Part shown: piece after piece, positions 11,913-21,916 of the stretch
Layout: each line of letters starts with the position of its first letter
How positions within the stretch are numbered: position 1 is the stretch's first letter
Assembly (NCBI GenBank): GCA_965222605.1
Contig: OZ244960.1
Span: 5,184,001-5,248,000, forward strand
DNA length: 64,000 nt
Reading direction: 5' to 3'
DNA from: Candidatus Latescibacterota bacterium
Lineage (GTDB): Bacteria > Latescibacterota > UBA2968
Translations under genes and position numbers: made by a program
The notes under the pieces: generated by a model
Seen by the model: only the letters and a program-made list of their open reading frames with translations
The model's database searches: none
What the model was told of the DNA's origin: nothing

Positions 11913-12680
11913 CTATGCCTGTTCAACGATGCGGATAAATTCGTCTTCCAGCGTGGGGGTTTGCATTTGGTTTTGAAAGTCTTCAAAGGTTCCGTTAAAC
12001 TGCAATTGGCCTTTGTGAATGATAGCGAGGTCGTCGCTGAGCAAGCTGACTTCACCCATGCGGTGTGTGGAGAAGATGACGGTTTTTCCCGCGTCCCGAC
12101 AATCGCGGATGAGGTGCACGATATTGCGCGAGGTTACGACGTCGAGACCAGCGGTGGGTTCGTCGAATACAATGACATCGGGGTCGTGGATGATGGTGCG
12201 TACAATGGAGACTTTTTGTTTCATGCCCGTGGAGAGTTTGCCAATGCGAAGATTTGCAAATGCTTCCATGTCGAGCAGGGCAAAGAGGTGGTCGCGCCGT
12301 GTGTCGTAATCGGCACTGTTCATGCCGTGCAGGTCGGCAAAGTAGCGCACCATTTCATCGGGTGTCAGGCGATCGTACAAGCCCGTGTTGCCGGTGAGAA
12401 AGCCGAGGTTTTCACGCACGGCTTGACTTTGTGTTACGGTGTCGTACCCCGCGACAGATATGCTGCCCGAAGTGGGTTTGAGCATGGTGGCGATCATACG
12501 TAGTGCAGTGGTTTTGCCCGCGCCATTGGGTCCCAATAGCGCGAAGACGCGACCGGGCTGGCAGGTGAAGCTGATATTGCACACCGCGTCAATGGTATTG
12601 CCTTGAAAGCCATCTCCCATTTCGCGCTTTTGCTGCCGCGATAGTTTGAAGGTTTTGACAATATTTTTTGCGATAACCAT
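11913..12680 (-). CDS. NatA-like ABC exporter ATP-binding protein
   Basis: GPNGAGKTT, LSTGMKQK, DEPTAGLD, FSTH. Confidence 0.88.
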   Translation of the reverse strand: MVIAKNIVKTFKLSRQQKREMGDGFQGNTIDAVCNISFTCQPGRVFALLGPNGAGKTTALRMIATMLKPTSGSISVAGYDTVTQSQAVRENLGFLTGNTGLYDRLTPDEMVRYFADLHGMNSADYDTRRDHLFALLDMEAFANLRIGKLSTGMKQKVSIVRTIIHDPDVIVFDEPTAGLDVVTSRNIVHLIRDCRDAGKTVIFSTHRMGEVSLLSDDLAIIHKGQLQFNGTFEDFQNQMQTPTLEDEFIRIVEQA

Positions 12681-12896
12681 AATGCACTCCGCAATTGCGG
12701 GTTGAACAGCGCGTGGTCAGTTAGATAGTGATAGAGTTACCCAATTTTGTTTCAAAATGCAAGGGGGGATTTTTATATTGGATTTGTGTAAAAATTTTGT
12801 ACCTCACTAAGTCGGACGGGCTGAGGGAGTATTTGACTTTGCTCTTCAGACTTTGCACCTTGCACGCGACTCTTTACGCAATTCAAAGGAGATAAC

Positions 12897-14138
12897 ATGA
12901 ACAAACTCAAACTCGGCCTGATTGGTTGTGGCGGTATGGGTACGCGTCATTTGTATGGATTGGGCGAACTGGCGAAGACGCCGTTTAACAATATTGAACT
13001 GTGCGCCCTGTGCGATCTCAATCGGGATAACGCAGAACTGGCCGCGAGAGAGGCCGAGCAGTTGCTCGGTTCAAAACCTCCCGTATTTACATCCATGGAA
13101 GACATGGCGCAAGCGATTCCCGATTTGATGGCTGTCGATGTGGTCACTGATCCGTCGGTGCATCACACGGTGGTATGTCAGGCATTGGACCTGGGATTGC
13201 ACGTGCTGGTTGAAAAACCTATGGCTATTTCCGTAAAAGCGTGTCATGCTATGAATGAGGCGGCGGAGCGCAATGGGCGAAAACTGTCGGTTGCTGAAAA
13301 TTATCGGCGCGACCCTTCGGCGCGGTTAACGCGCCATTTGTTGGAAACCGGACGGATTGGAACGCCTTATATGGCGACACTTCACGCCATGCGCGGCGGC
13401 AATGAAATTTTTATCACGCCCTGGCGGCATTTGAAAGACCGCGGGGGACCATTGATCGATATGGGAGTACACTATGCGGATCTGATTCGGTATCAACTCG
13501 GCGATGTTATTGAGGTATATGGCGATGCGCGCCTGGTGGAGCCGGTGCGAAAAAAGCAACAGGCCATTGGCGATCGGTATGAATTTTATCAGCAGCGTTT
13601 TCGCGCGATGCCCAGCGAAGTTCCCGCTACGGCAGAAGATACGGCGATGGCGATGATGAAGATGGAAAGCGGTGTGATGGTGAGTTTTATTGTTGGCATT
13701 GGGGGGCACGGTGCATGCCGCAGTCAGTTGATTTTAGGCGATAAAGGGTGCTTGCAGAGCTACGGCAGCCGCGGGAGTCAGGCGATATGGCAGTCGGCAG
13801 ATGGCGAGGTGAGAGATCAGAATGCGATTTTAGATGTTGTTGATGATTTTGAATTGCATCCTCTCCTGGACCACTTTTTTTCTACCAAAAACAGCGTGGG
13901 TGATCAGGCAGTGGATTGGAAATTGATCGCTTATGAACAATACGAACTCGCCTGTGCTGTCTTGAATGATGAACCGATTGAGGTCGATGGTGTTGAGGGA
14001 ATGAAGGATGTTGCGGCGATTTATGCGATTTGCGAGTCTGCTCGCGCAGGTCGCACTGTGACAGCAGCAGAGATCGAAAGCGGCGAGTTATATGAATATC
14101 AGGCAGAGATCGATGCGGCGTTAAATATCAACTCTTAA
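12897..14138 (+). CDS. Gfo/Idh/MocA oxidoreductase (canonical EKP type)
   Basis: GLIGCGGMG, VEKPM, GGPLIDMGVHYAD; AAAGGAG RBS. Confidence 0.9.
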   Translation: MNKLKLGLIGCGGMGTRHLYGLGELAKTPFNNIELCALCDLNRDNAELAAREAEQLLGSKPPVFTSMEDMAQAIPDLMAVDVVTDPSVHHTVVCQALDLGLHVLVEKPMAISVKACHAMNEAAERNGRKLSVAENYRRDPSARLTRHLLETGRIGTPYMATLHAMRGGNEIFITPWRHLKDRGGPLIDMGVHYADLIRYQLGDVIEVYGDARLVEPVRKKQQAIGDRYEFYQQRFRAMPSEVPATAEDTAMAMMKMESGVMVSFIVGIGGHGACRSQLILGDKGCLQSYGSRGSQAIWQSADGEVRDQNAILDVVDDFELHPLLDHFFSTKNSVGDQAVDWKLIAYEQYELACAVLNDEPIEVDGVEGMKDVAAIYAICESARAGRTVTAAEIESGELYEYQAEIDAALNINS

Positions 14139-14139
14139 A

Positions 14140-14517
14140 ATGGAGGAAAGACAGATGGTGATTCGCAATTGGCAAGATGCCACGCCCACAGTGGGCCATG
14201 AAACGGCGTTGATCTGGTCGATTTTCAGGCAGAAAGGCTCTGCTGGTTTGAGCGAGGAAGAAGCACCGATGTTGGCGGCATCGGGATTTACCCTGCACAT
14301 GATGCAGAGCCGCAAGGCGGGCGATTACCACATGCACGATGACAAAGAACAGATTTATTATTTTACGCGCGGGCATGGCAAGATGAAAATCGACGACGAG
14401 ATTTATCCCGTGGAGCCAGGCGATGCGGTGCATTTACCGCCGCATACCTACCATCAGTTGATCAATGACAGCGACGATTGGATTGAACACATCCTGGTGA
14501 CCGTACCGGTGGGTTAA
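14140..14517 (+). CDS. Cupin domain protein
   Basis: HMHDDKEQIYY...G and PGDAVHLPPHTYH metal motifs. Confidence 0.85.
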   Translation: MEERQMVIRNWQDATPTVGHETALIWSIFRQKGSAGLSEEEAPMLAASGFTLHMMQSRKAGDYHMHDDKEQIYYFTRGHGKMKIDDEIYPVEPGDAVHLPPHTYHQLINDSDDWIEHILVTVPVG

Positions 14518-15536
14518 GGGTACAGGACGTATTTTAATCCCTCCTGTCGCTCTGCACCATCAAATGCTTGTTCCCAATTTTCGAGTGGCAGTCTGTGGGA
14601 TATGTACGCTGTGGGATCTATTGTTTTGGCGATGACCATTTCGAGGGCGCGTTGCCAACTGGGCCAGTTCTGGGCAATAGAACTGTTCACGGAAAGCTGT
14701 TTGTAGATGATTTTACCCCAGTTCACTTCAACGGGGTGTTCGACCAGAGCCACCTGTGTGAATGTGCCGAGGGGGCGCACAGCGTCGAGGCATTGATCGA
14801 TGGAGGCGGCAGCACCTGCACATTCGATGACAATGTCGGCACCGTCGCCGGTGATCGAGCGGACAAATTCGGATATATTTTCGCGCGTGACATCCACGGT
14901 TTGTTCCGCGCTTTTAGCCATAGCGAGGCGATGGGCGTCGCGGTCTGTGCCGCAGACAATAACGCGTCCGCCTGCGAGTCTGGCGAGGTCGGCGCATATC
15001 AGGCCAATGGGACCGGGGCCGGAAATGAGTACCCAATCGCCGGGTACAATTTTTGTGTGAAAAAGAACGGCTTTGATGCAGCAGGCGAGGGGTTCCACGA
15101 GCGCGGCAGTGTCATAGGAGACGGATTCGGGAAGCGGGAAGGCGAGGTTTTGGGGGATGACGCAGTATTCGGCAAAACCGCCATCGCGCATGCTGCCAAC
15201 GGAGTTGCGCTGGGGGCAGAAGAAAAATTCGCTGGCCCGACAATAGCGACAGTGCCCACATGCCCCATTCGCTGTGGGAAGGACCGTGATGCGGTCACCT
15301 GTTTTGATGCGGGTGACATTGGCGCCGACTTTGACGACTTCGCCTGACAGTTCATGGCAAAGTGTGACTGGTGGGCGAAAGCCATAACCGCCGTGGCGGA
15401 TGTGGAGATCTGTGCCGCAGAGTCCGCCGCGCTGAACGGCGATTTTAATATCGTCGGGGTATTCGATATCCGGTTCTGGGATGTTGCATAAGGCGATGTG
15501 ACCAGGACCGGGTTTTAGTTTGCGTACAGCGCGCAT
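14514..15536 (-). CDS. Zn-dependent alcohol dehydrogenase (MDR; sorbitol/threonine dehydrogenase-like)
   Basis: GLCGTDLH, CHELSG, CGHCRYC...C, GPGPIG; start at MRAVRK (15536). Confidence 0.9.
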   Translation of the reverse strand: MRAVRKLKPGPGHIALCNIPEPDIEYPDDIKIAVQRGGLCGTDLHIRHGGYGFRPPVTLCHELSGEVVKVGANVTRIKTGDRITVLPTANGACGHCRYCRASEFFFCPQRNSVGSMRDGGFAEYCVIPQNLAFPLPESVSYDTAALVEPLACCIKAVLFHTKIVPGDWVLISGPGPIGLICADLARLAGGRVIVCGTDRDAHRLAMAKSAEQTVDVTRENISEFVRSITGDGADIVIECAGAAASIDQCLDAVRPLGTFTQVALVEHPVEVNWGKIIYKQLSVNSSIAQNWPSWQRALEMVIAKTIDPTAYISHRLPLENWEQAFDGAERQEGLKYVLYP

Positions 15537-15660
15537 GGTATTTGTGCAGTTCAAAAGATATGTATTTAGGGGTCGTGTATTCGCTATTATGCACAATCTT
15601 TACATGGTAAGCAATCACTGTTTTCGCAGAGGCGTCGGACGCGGTACAAGGGCGACTTCT

Positions 15661-17586
15661 CTATACCCGGTCCACCCAGATCGGAGACGACCAGCCCATC
15701 TCACCGTCGGTCTGGATCACGCGGATGTAGTAATAGGCGTTTGCCTCAAGTGCAGTGGTGTCCCGCCACTGCAAGCGATAGACATCCTGCCTATCCCGGT
15801 GATGGGGCGTTCCAGTCTCCACGACCTTCCCGTTCTGCACGACCTCAACGCGATCGATCGCGTCTGTACCCCGGACATAGGCGTAGATCTCTCTCGACAT
15901 CTCCCTGCTCTCGATCTCCAGAATGCTCCCCATAGGCTGATCGTTGAGTGTGAAATCCAGTATAATGCGAGCGCCCGTGGTGCCGTAACAGCGACGGCTC
16001 TTGAGCGCATCGAACAGCGCCTCCCGTGTCAGCTCGGGCGCCCAGACCGCTGCAAGTCCCCCCGGAAAAGGCGTATGGGCCTGTCGGTCGTGCTGATAGC
16101 TCCGTCCCGGCATGCCCACATGGTTGTCGCTGCTGGCGATCATACCCAGCCGGTAGCCTCGTCTCAGTGCCTCCCATGCCCCAGCCCCCGGCGTCATTCC
16201 CTTGTCCCACCGGTCCATTGAGGGATTTTCAGATTGTCCCCAGCACGAATAGATCTCCATCAAAGGTTCCAGGTCCGGATCGTGAAGTGACCAATCCGTC
16301 CACGTCTTGACGTGATGAGGGATCAGCATCACATCCTTCCGTCCTCGATAGTACTCGTACAGAAAATCGGGCATATAGCTGAACGTCCCGGCATCCTGAG
16401 GCGGCTCAACCGCATCGTCCCGAAAATACACATTCCGATGGCCCACTGGAGAGCCAGCCTCATAGGACTTGAACGTCACAAATTCTCCCGGTCGGTAATG
16501 CTCGATGGCCTTCTGCTGGAGAAGCTCCCAGCCCACGCCTGTAATCGCGCCCTGATCGGTAATGGCCACAAAATCGAGCAGCGTCACGTCCCGGGCGTAC
16601 TGATACACATCGTCCGGCGTACCGCAGGAAATACCTTTAGACCAGCCCACCTGCCGGGCGTCTTTCTGTTGCGAGTGCATTACATGATATTCACTCTGGG
16701 CGTGCAGGTCCCCCCAGAAAAGCTGCAAATTGTCCTCATTCGAGTGAATGCACGGATTGGAAGTCCCCCAGATCTGTTTTCCCCCCGAATCGGTCAGCGT
16801 CACGCCCTCAAAAACGGCTCCCGAATTTTTCAGTTCCACTTCAACCGGCTGCAATCCGGAAAATCGGACATTGCCCACCCGGCGCCAGCGCTCGTCGCGC
16901 AGGACCAGGGACCTGGGCGGATCGTCGTTTGGACGACAGTGACAGGCATCTGTCAGGGCAATCCGCACCGGGGGTACAGGCCCTGTAATCACAGATGGGA
17001 CCACTACGTTGGCCCGCGCAGGGGCGCCCGACACTACGTCCAGTTCAACCGGTGCCCCTCCGGGGCGTACCCAATTTCCATCGCCCGGGTCCACATACAC
17101 CGAAATCGTCAGCCCGTCTTCAGAAAAGGTCTGAACCCGTACACCGCGTCTCACAAATTGAGGGTCACCGTAAATCAACACAATCTGGTCTCCCCCAGCC
17201 AGAGGCCCATCCTCTACCGTCGCCGTGATCCACCATCGCCAATACGCCTCCGCCGGGTCTTCATCGGGAATTAGCATGCGCTCCATCGTCTCCAGATGCA
17301 GCACAGCATCCCCCTGGGTGACTACCTCTGCCGTCGTGTTGACCGAATGAAAGGGTGCGTATTTTCGATCTTTTCCCCGCACCAATTCGTCCCAGTACCG
17401 GAGCTGGGGCACCACAACAGGCTCCCACCCGGTATTGGGCGCCCCAACACGCAACCGCGCACCCTCAGCCAGACCGTCCACGCCTGTTGTAAACGTCAAC
17501 TTCAACGTCACATATGAGCCGGTCACAAAGGGACCCTCTGGTGAAAGCGTCACCTGACCAGTCGCGTTGTCCTGAGAAAAAATCAT
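15661..17586 (-). CDS. DUF3604/CehA-McbA-like PHP-fold metallohydrolase
   Basis: FWGDLHAQS, LDFVAITD, GHRNV, PHH, ASSDNH, RRCYGTTGARI, YYYIRV. Confidence 0.8.
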   Translation of the reverse strand: MIFSQDNATGQVTLSPEGPFVTGSYVTLKLTFTTGVDGLAEGARLRVGAPNTGWEPVVVPQLRYWDELVRGKDRKYAPFHSVNTTAEVVTQGDAVLHLETMERMLIPDEDPAEAYWRWWITATVEDGPLAGGDQIVLIYGDPQFVRRGVRVQTFSEDGLTISVYVDPGDGNWVRPGGAPVELDVVSGAPARANVVVPSVITGPVPPVRIALTDACHCRPNDDPPRSLVLRDERWRRVGNVRFSGLQPVEVELKNSGAVFEGVTLTDSGGKQIWGTSNPCIHSNEDNLQLFWGDLHAQSEYHVMHSQQKDARQVGWSKGISCGTPDDVYQYARDVTLLDFVAITDQGAITGVGWELLQQKAIEHYRPGEFVTFKSYEAGSPVGHRNVYFRDDAVEPPQDAGTFSYMPDFLYEYYRGRKDVMLIPHHVKTWTDWSLHDPDLEPLMEIYSCWGQSENPSMDRWDKGMTPGAGAWEALRRGYRLGMIASSDNHVGMPGRSYQHDRQAHTPFPGGLAAVWAPELTREALFDALKSRRCYGTTGARIILDFTLNDQPMGSILEIESREMSREIYAYVRGTDAIDRVEVVQNGKVVETGTPHHRDRQDVYRLQWRDTTALEANAYYYIRVIQTDGEMGWSSPIWVDRV

Positions 17587-17628
17587 ACCCGCCACCTCGT
17601 TCAAATCCGGCTATCGATCGCTCAACGG

Positions 17629-18783
17629 TTATGGATAAACCACATATTGAGATAGGGCATCTTCGTCCATCTCAATTCCCAGCCCCGACCCCTCAGGCAG
17701 GAGGAAATGGCCCTCCTCACACACGATGGGCCGTTTCAAAAACTGGTTGGAAAGACCGAGCATCAGCGGTTGATACTCCTGGAAAACCAAATTTGGAATG
17801 GCCAATGCTACGTGGATTGAAGCCGCGATACTGGGTGGTAGGCAGACCCCTGCATGCAGCGCAATGGGGATATTGAACGTCTCGGCCAGATCGGCAATTT
17901 TCCTTGTCTCTGTAATTCCGCAACGCCCCACATCGGGCTGTGCGATATCCAGCCCCCGCGCCTGAAACCAGTTGAGAAATTGGTACCGCGTTGTCTCGGT
18001 CTCTCCGGCCGCAACGAACATATCCAGTTCCCGGGCAATCTCCGCGTGGCCCTCGATATCCTCCGGACTGGTCGGCGTTTCAAACCAGAATACTCCCAGA
18101 CGCTCCAGGTGCCGTCCCAATTGCAGAGCCGTCGGTGTGTCATAATTCCACAGTGCATCCACCATCAGCCGGACATTCGGCCCCACCGCATCTCGAATTC
18201 CCTCGACGTGCCTCAAATCTCTTTCTATTCCGAAGCCCAAAAACATCTTGAGCGCCCGGAAACCCTCCGATATATGCCCGCATGCCGTCTCCGCCATTTC
18301 CTCAATCGAGTTTCCCCGCACTCCCGAGACATAAACCGGCACTCGATCCCGGAAAGCCCCGCCCAGAAGCTCCACCACCGGCGCATCCAGCTTCTGCCCC
18401 TGGATGTCCCACAGGGCCGAATCTACCGCCGCAAGGCCGTGTACCATAAAACCGGAGTAGTGTCCCCGCAGGTTCATCGCGTGATACATCTCGTGTTTCA
18501 ATACCCCCCATTCAGCCGGGTCTCTTCCGATCAGAATCGGCCTTAGCACTTTGTCGATCACCATCGCCGTCACCTCCGGACCGATCGGTGCCTGTCCCTC
18601 TCCCCATCCCGTAATACCACCGTCGGTCTCTACTTTGACCACCGTCGTCTCGATCTGGCGGGAATAGAGCCCGCGCCATCCCGGCTGCACATCGTAGACT
18701 CGCTCTTTTTCCACTCCCTTTCCGCCAAAGGTATCTTCCTGGGGAATTTTAATCGCCATCGGCTTGATATCGGTAATTTTCAT
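17629..18783 (-). CDS. Mandelate racemase/muconate lactonizing enzyme family protein (probable acid-sugar dehydratase)
   Basis: VDSALWDI, metal ligands in LMVD, WFETP, AGET; QPDVGRCG; C-terminal GLGI. Confidence 0.88.
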   Translation of the reverse strand: MKITDIKPMAIKIPQEDTFGGKGVEKERVYDVQPGWRGLYSRQIETTVVKVETDGGITGWGEGQAPIGPEVTAMVIDKVLRPILIGRDPAEWGVLKHEMYHAMNLRGHYSGFMVHGLAAVDSALWDIQGQKLDAPVVELLGGAFRDRVPVYVSGVRGNSIEEMAETACGHISEGFRALKMFLGFGIERDLRHVEGIRDAVGPNVRLMVDALWNYDTPTALQLGRHLERLGVFWFETPTSPEDIEGHAEIARELDMFVAAGETETTRYQFLNWFQARGLDIAQPDVGRCGITETRKIADLAETFNIPIALHAGVCLPPSIAASIHVALAIPNLVFQEYQPLMLGLSNQFLKRPIVCEEGHFLLPEGSGLGIEMDEDALSQYVVYP

Positions 18784-18794
18784 CTTTTTATCCC

Positions 18795-20516
18795 TTATGG
18801 GCCTGCCTGTTCAGTCACTGTCCAAACCCGATTAACAGATATATCCGTCAGCACCTGCACCGTTCCGCTGGGCCACCGAATCATCAGAGTATCCACCGTT
18901 GAACGACTACCCAACCCGAAGTGAACCCGGAGATCGTTCTGGGAGAGATAGCTCGATCCGCTCCGCACCTCCTTCACCTGTCTCAGCCTCCCAGAGACCA
19001 CCTTTACCCTGGCACCGATTCCATCCCGGTTGCTCACCGTCCCCACCGTCCGAACTGTCAGATAGTTGTTCCGGTTTCCCCCGTCGTTGCGCAGTAGGTC
19101 TGCCCGCTCGTTGGAGTTGAGGACAAAAAGATCGACATCTCCGTCGTTGTCATAATCCCCGAACGCCGTTCCCCGACTGGCCTTCACAAGGCGCATCCCA
19201 TCCCCGGATTTCAAGGAAGCGTCGGCGAACGTCCCATCCCCGTTATTGTGAAAAAGGAGATTGCGCTGTGGATAAGAGGTTGACCCGTCCAGCCTTTCGA
19301 TGTTGTCCTGCACATGACCGTTGGCCGCGAAAAGGTCGCTGTGTCCGTCGTTGTTATAGTCGAAAAAACCGACTCCCCATCCCAGATAAGGCCGGGTGAC
19401 CCTGCCCGTACCGGAGGCAAACGACACATCGGTGAATGTCCCGTCCCCGTTGTTCCGATAGAGGGTATAAGTCTCATGCTGGAAATTGGTCACAATCAGA
19501 TCCATCCACCCGTCGTTGTCGTAATCGCCAGCATCCACGCCCATGCCTCCCTCCTCTTGACCGTTCTCGTTGTAACTGACCCCGGAGATCAATCCCACGT
19601 CGGTGAATGTCCCGTCCCCGTTGTTCCGATAGAGAAAATTCCCGACCATATCGTTGGCCACATACAGATCGGGATCCCCATCGTCGTCGTAGTCTGTGAC
19701 GACTACACCCAGACTTTTCCCTTCGGAATTGGCTATACCCGCCGCATCGGCTACATCGGTGAATGTCCCATCTCCATTGTTCCGATAGAGCCGGTCGGGC
19801 GCACCATTGAAGTTGTGCGGATGGGGATATGTCTTCAGATCCGAGGCACGGGCGGCACCGTGGTAATCGACGATATAGGGGATCAGATCAATTCGTGGAT
19901 CATCCAGAGAGTAATCGAGGTAGTTGGCCACGTAGAGGTCCAGATCCCCGTCATTATCGCAGTCCAGAAACGCACATCCTGCTCCCCAGTAGCTGTCGCC
20001 CACGGCGGCGCGCTCCGTCACATCGGTGAATGTCCCATCCCCATTGTTCCGATAGAGGAGGTTGGGGCCGTAGTTGGTCACATAGAGGTCCAGATCCCCG
20101 TCGTTGTCGTAGTCGCCTGTAGCGCATCCCGTTCCGTATCCCGTGTCGCCCACGGCGGCGCGCTCCGTCACATCGGTGAATGTCCCATCCCCATTATTCC
20201 GATAAAGCCTGTTCGTCGGCGTCTCATTTCCTACAAACTCCGGAAGCGGAGCGCCGTTAACGGCATACAGGTCCAGGTCACCGTCGCCATCGTAGTCAAA
20301 AAAGGCGCAGCCTGCCCCCATCGTCTCCACAAAGTACTTTTGCCCGCTCCCTCCGTGGACATGGCGGAATCCGACACCCGCCTGAACCGTGATATCCACA
20401 AATCGAACGCCCTGTGCATCGCCTGGATCCCGTTTTGGACCACAAGTCAGGCCAAATAACGCGACAAGAATCATGAAACGGGCTGTCCACGTTCGCGCTG
20501 AGTGAAACCGGAACAT
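18795..20516 (-). CDS. CRTAC1-family protein (FG-GAP/VCBS Ca-binding propeller plus ASPIC/UnbV domain), possible lipoprotein
   Basis: Repeated DYDNDGDLDLY and YRNNGDGTFTDV; C-terminal SNRDGIGARV...YLSQND.RVHFGLG...IRWPSG; N-terminal FGLTC. Confidence 0.9.
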   Translation of the reverse strand: MFRFHSARTWTARFMILVALFGLTCGPKRDPGDAQGVRFVDITVQAGVGFRHVHGGSGQKYFVETMGAGCAFFDYDGDGDLDLYAVNGAPLPEFVGNETPTNRLYRNNGDGTFTDVTERAAVGDTGYGTGCATGDYDNDGDLDLYVTNYGPNLLYRNNGDGTFTDVTERAAVGDSYWGAGCAFLDCDNDGDLDLYVANYLDYSLDDPRIDLIPYIVDYHGAARASDLKTYPHPHNFNGAPDRLYRNNGDGTFTDVADAAGIANSEGKSLGVVVTDYDDDGDPDLYVANDMVGNFLYRNNGDGTFTDVGLISGVSYNENGQEEGGMGVDAGDYDNDGWMDLIVTNFQHETYTLYRNNGDGTFTDVSFASGTGRVTRPYLGWGVGFFDYNNDGHSDLFAANGHVQDNIERLDGSTSYPQRNLLFHNNGDGTFADASLKSGDGMRLVKASRGTAFGDYDNDGDVDLFVLNSNERADLLRNDGGNRNNYLTVRTVGTVSNRDGIGARVKVVSGRLRQVKEVRSGSSYLSQNDLRVHFGLGSRSTVDTLMIRWPSGTVQVLTDISVNRVWTVTEQAGP

Positions 20517-20572
20517 CCTGAACGATCCTTTCTATCCACCTTACAGGTCTCAACCCGACCGTAACGCCACCT

Positions 20573-21916
20573 TTAGGGAGCTTTGCGTGCGATCTCTTCT
20601 GCCTCTTCCAAATTTCTCTTCGTTTGGAGATCGGCCGGATCGATTGCAAGTGCCGTCTTCCAGGCCGCCACTGCTTCCTGCAATCGCCCCTGCGCTGCAT
20701 AGATGACCCCGAGGTTGTTATGGGCCTTCAACAGATAAGGATCCAGCGCAATCGCCCTTTGATATTCGGCCATCGCCTTATCCAGCACACCCTGCTGCTG
20801 ATGTACCGCACCCAACTCAACGTGCGCTGGCGCAAACTCGGAGTCCAGCCCGATCGCTTTCTGAAACGCCGTTTCGGCCTCCCGATACATGTCCTGCTGT
20901 GCATAGACCAAGCCCAGATTGTGATGTGCATCTACCGAAACGGAGTCCAGCCCGATCGCCCTTTGAAACGCCGTTTCGGCCTCCCGATACATGTCCTGCT
21001 GTGCATAGACCAAGCCCAGATTGTGATGTGCATCTACCGAAACGGAGTCCAGCGCAATCGCCCTTTGAAACGCCCTGGCAGCCCGCTCAAGCTTTTCGTA
21101 GCGTGCGTGGATCACTCCCAACTCAACATAAACAGAGGGATCATTGGGACTTTGTCGAAGAACGGTTTCTACCTGTTCCACCTCTTCCATATACGCATAC
21201 AGCCGTTTGAATATCTCCAACTCCCGCTCTCCCTCGTCGGTTTTTCCCTGTCTCATGTAGGCCATACCCAAACCATAGTGGGACTTCGCGTGTTCCGGAT
21301 CGATCTCCAGAGTCCGTTCGTACGCCTGAATAGACTCCGGATACTTGCGCTGTTTTGAGTAAGCGTTTCCCAGCGCGTAGTGGGCATCTCGATAGTCGGG
21401 ATCGCGCTGTATCGCCTTCTTATATTCCGCTATGGCCTGGGCATACTCCTTTCCCTCCATGTAGATTTCCCCCAGATTGTAATATACCTGGGTCAGATCC
21501 GGGTTGATCGCGACCGTCTTTTCATAAGCTCGAATCGCCTCTGTGTACTCGCCCTGCTGTGCAAGAACCCGGCCGAGGTTATAGTAGGTTTCCACAAAAT
21601 CTGGCCGCAGAACGATCACCTTACGGAAGGCCTCCACCGCCTCATCGTATTTGCCATGAGATGTGTAAATAAGGCCCAAACCAAAGTAGGGCATCGGGGA
21701 GTCCGGGTCCAATTCGACTGCCTTTTGGAAGACCTCCATTGCCTTGCCGCGTTCGCCCCGGTTTAAGTGACTCATCCCTAAATGGTATCTTATTTCCCCT
21801 CTGGACATGCCCGTCTCCCTTTCAGGATACGGCCAGAAGTAGATGATAAATCCGATTAACAGGAGGAGTACAGCATATATCCAACCTCTTTTCCATTTTT
21901 TTAAGCTGGCATTCAC
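20573..21916 (-). CDS. Membrane-anchored tetratricopeptide repeat protein
   Basis: N-terminal TM helix followed by about 11 TPR units. Confidence 0.9.
   Translation of the reverse strand: MNASLKKWKRGWIYAVLLLLIGFIIYFWPYPERETGMSRGEIRYHLGMSHLNRGERGKAMEVFQKAVELDPDSPMPYFGLGLIYTSHGKYDEAVEAFRKVIVLRPDFVETYYNLGRVLAQQGEYTEAIRAYEKTVAINPDLTQVYYNLGEIYMEGKEYAQAIAEYKKAIQRDPDYRDAHYALGNAYSKQRKYPESIQAYERTLEIDPEHAKSHYGLGMAYMRQGKTDEGERELEIFKRLYAYMEEVEQVETVLRQSPNDPSVYVELGVIHARYEKLERAARAFQRAIALDSVSVDAHHNLGLVYAQQDMYREAETAFQRAIGLDSVSVDAHHNLGLVYAQQDMYREAETAFQKAIGLDSEFAPAHVELGAVHQQQGVLDKAMAEYQRAIALDPYLLKAHNNLGVIYAAQGRLQEAVAAWKTALAIDPADLQTKRNLEEAEEIARKAP
20839..21074. repeat. Near-exact 102-bp tandem repeat (one TPR unit), about 2.3 copies
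   Basis: CGGAGTCCAGC starts at 20839, 20941 and 21043; the sequence between is nearly identical. Confidence 0.92.

Noticed and set aside
19427-21074. Regularly spaced repeats resembling a CRISPR array
   Set aside because: All lie in frame inside FG-GAP and TPR coding repeats; spacing is too long and no cas genes are present
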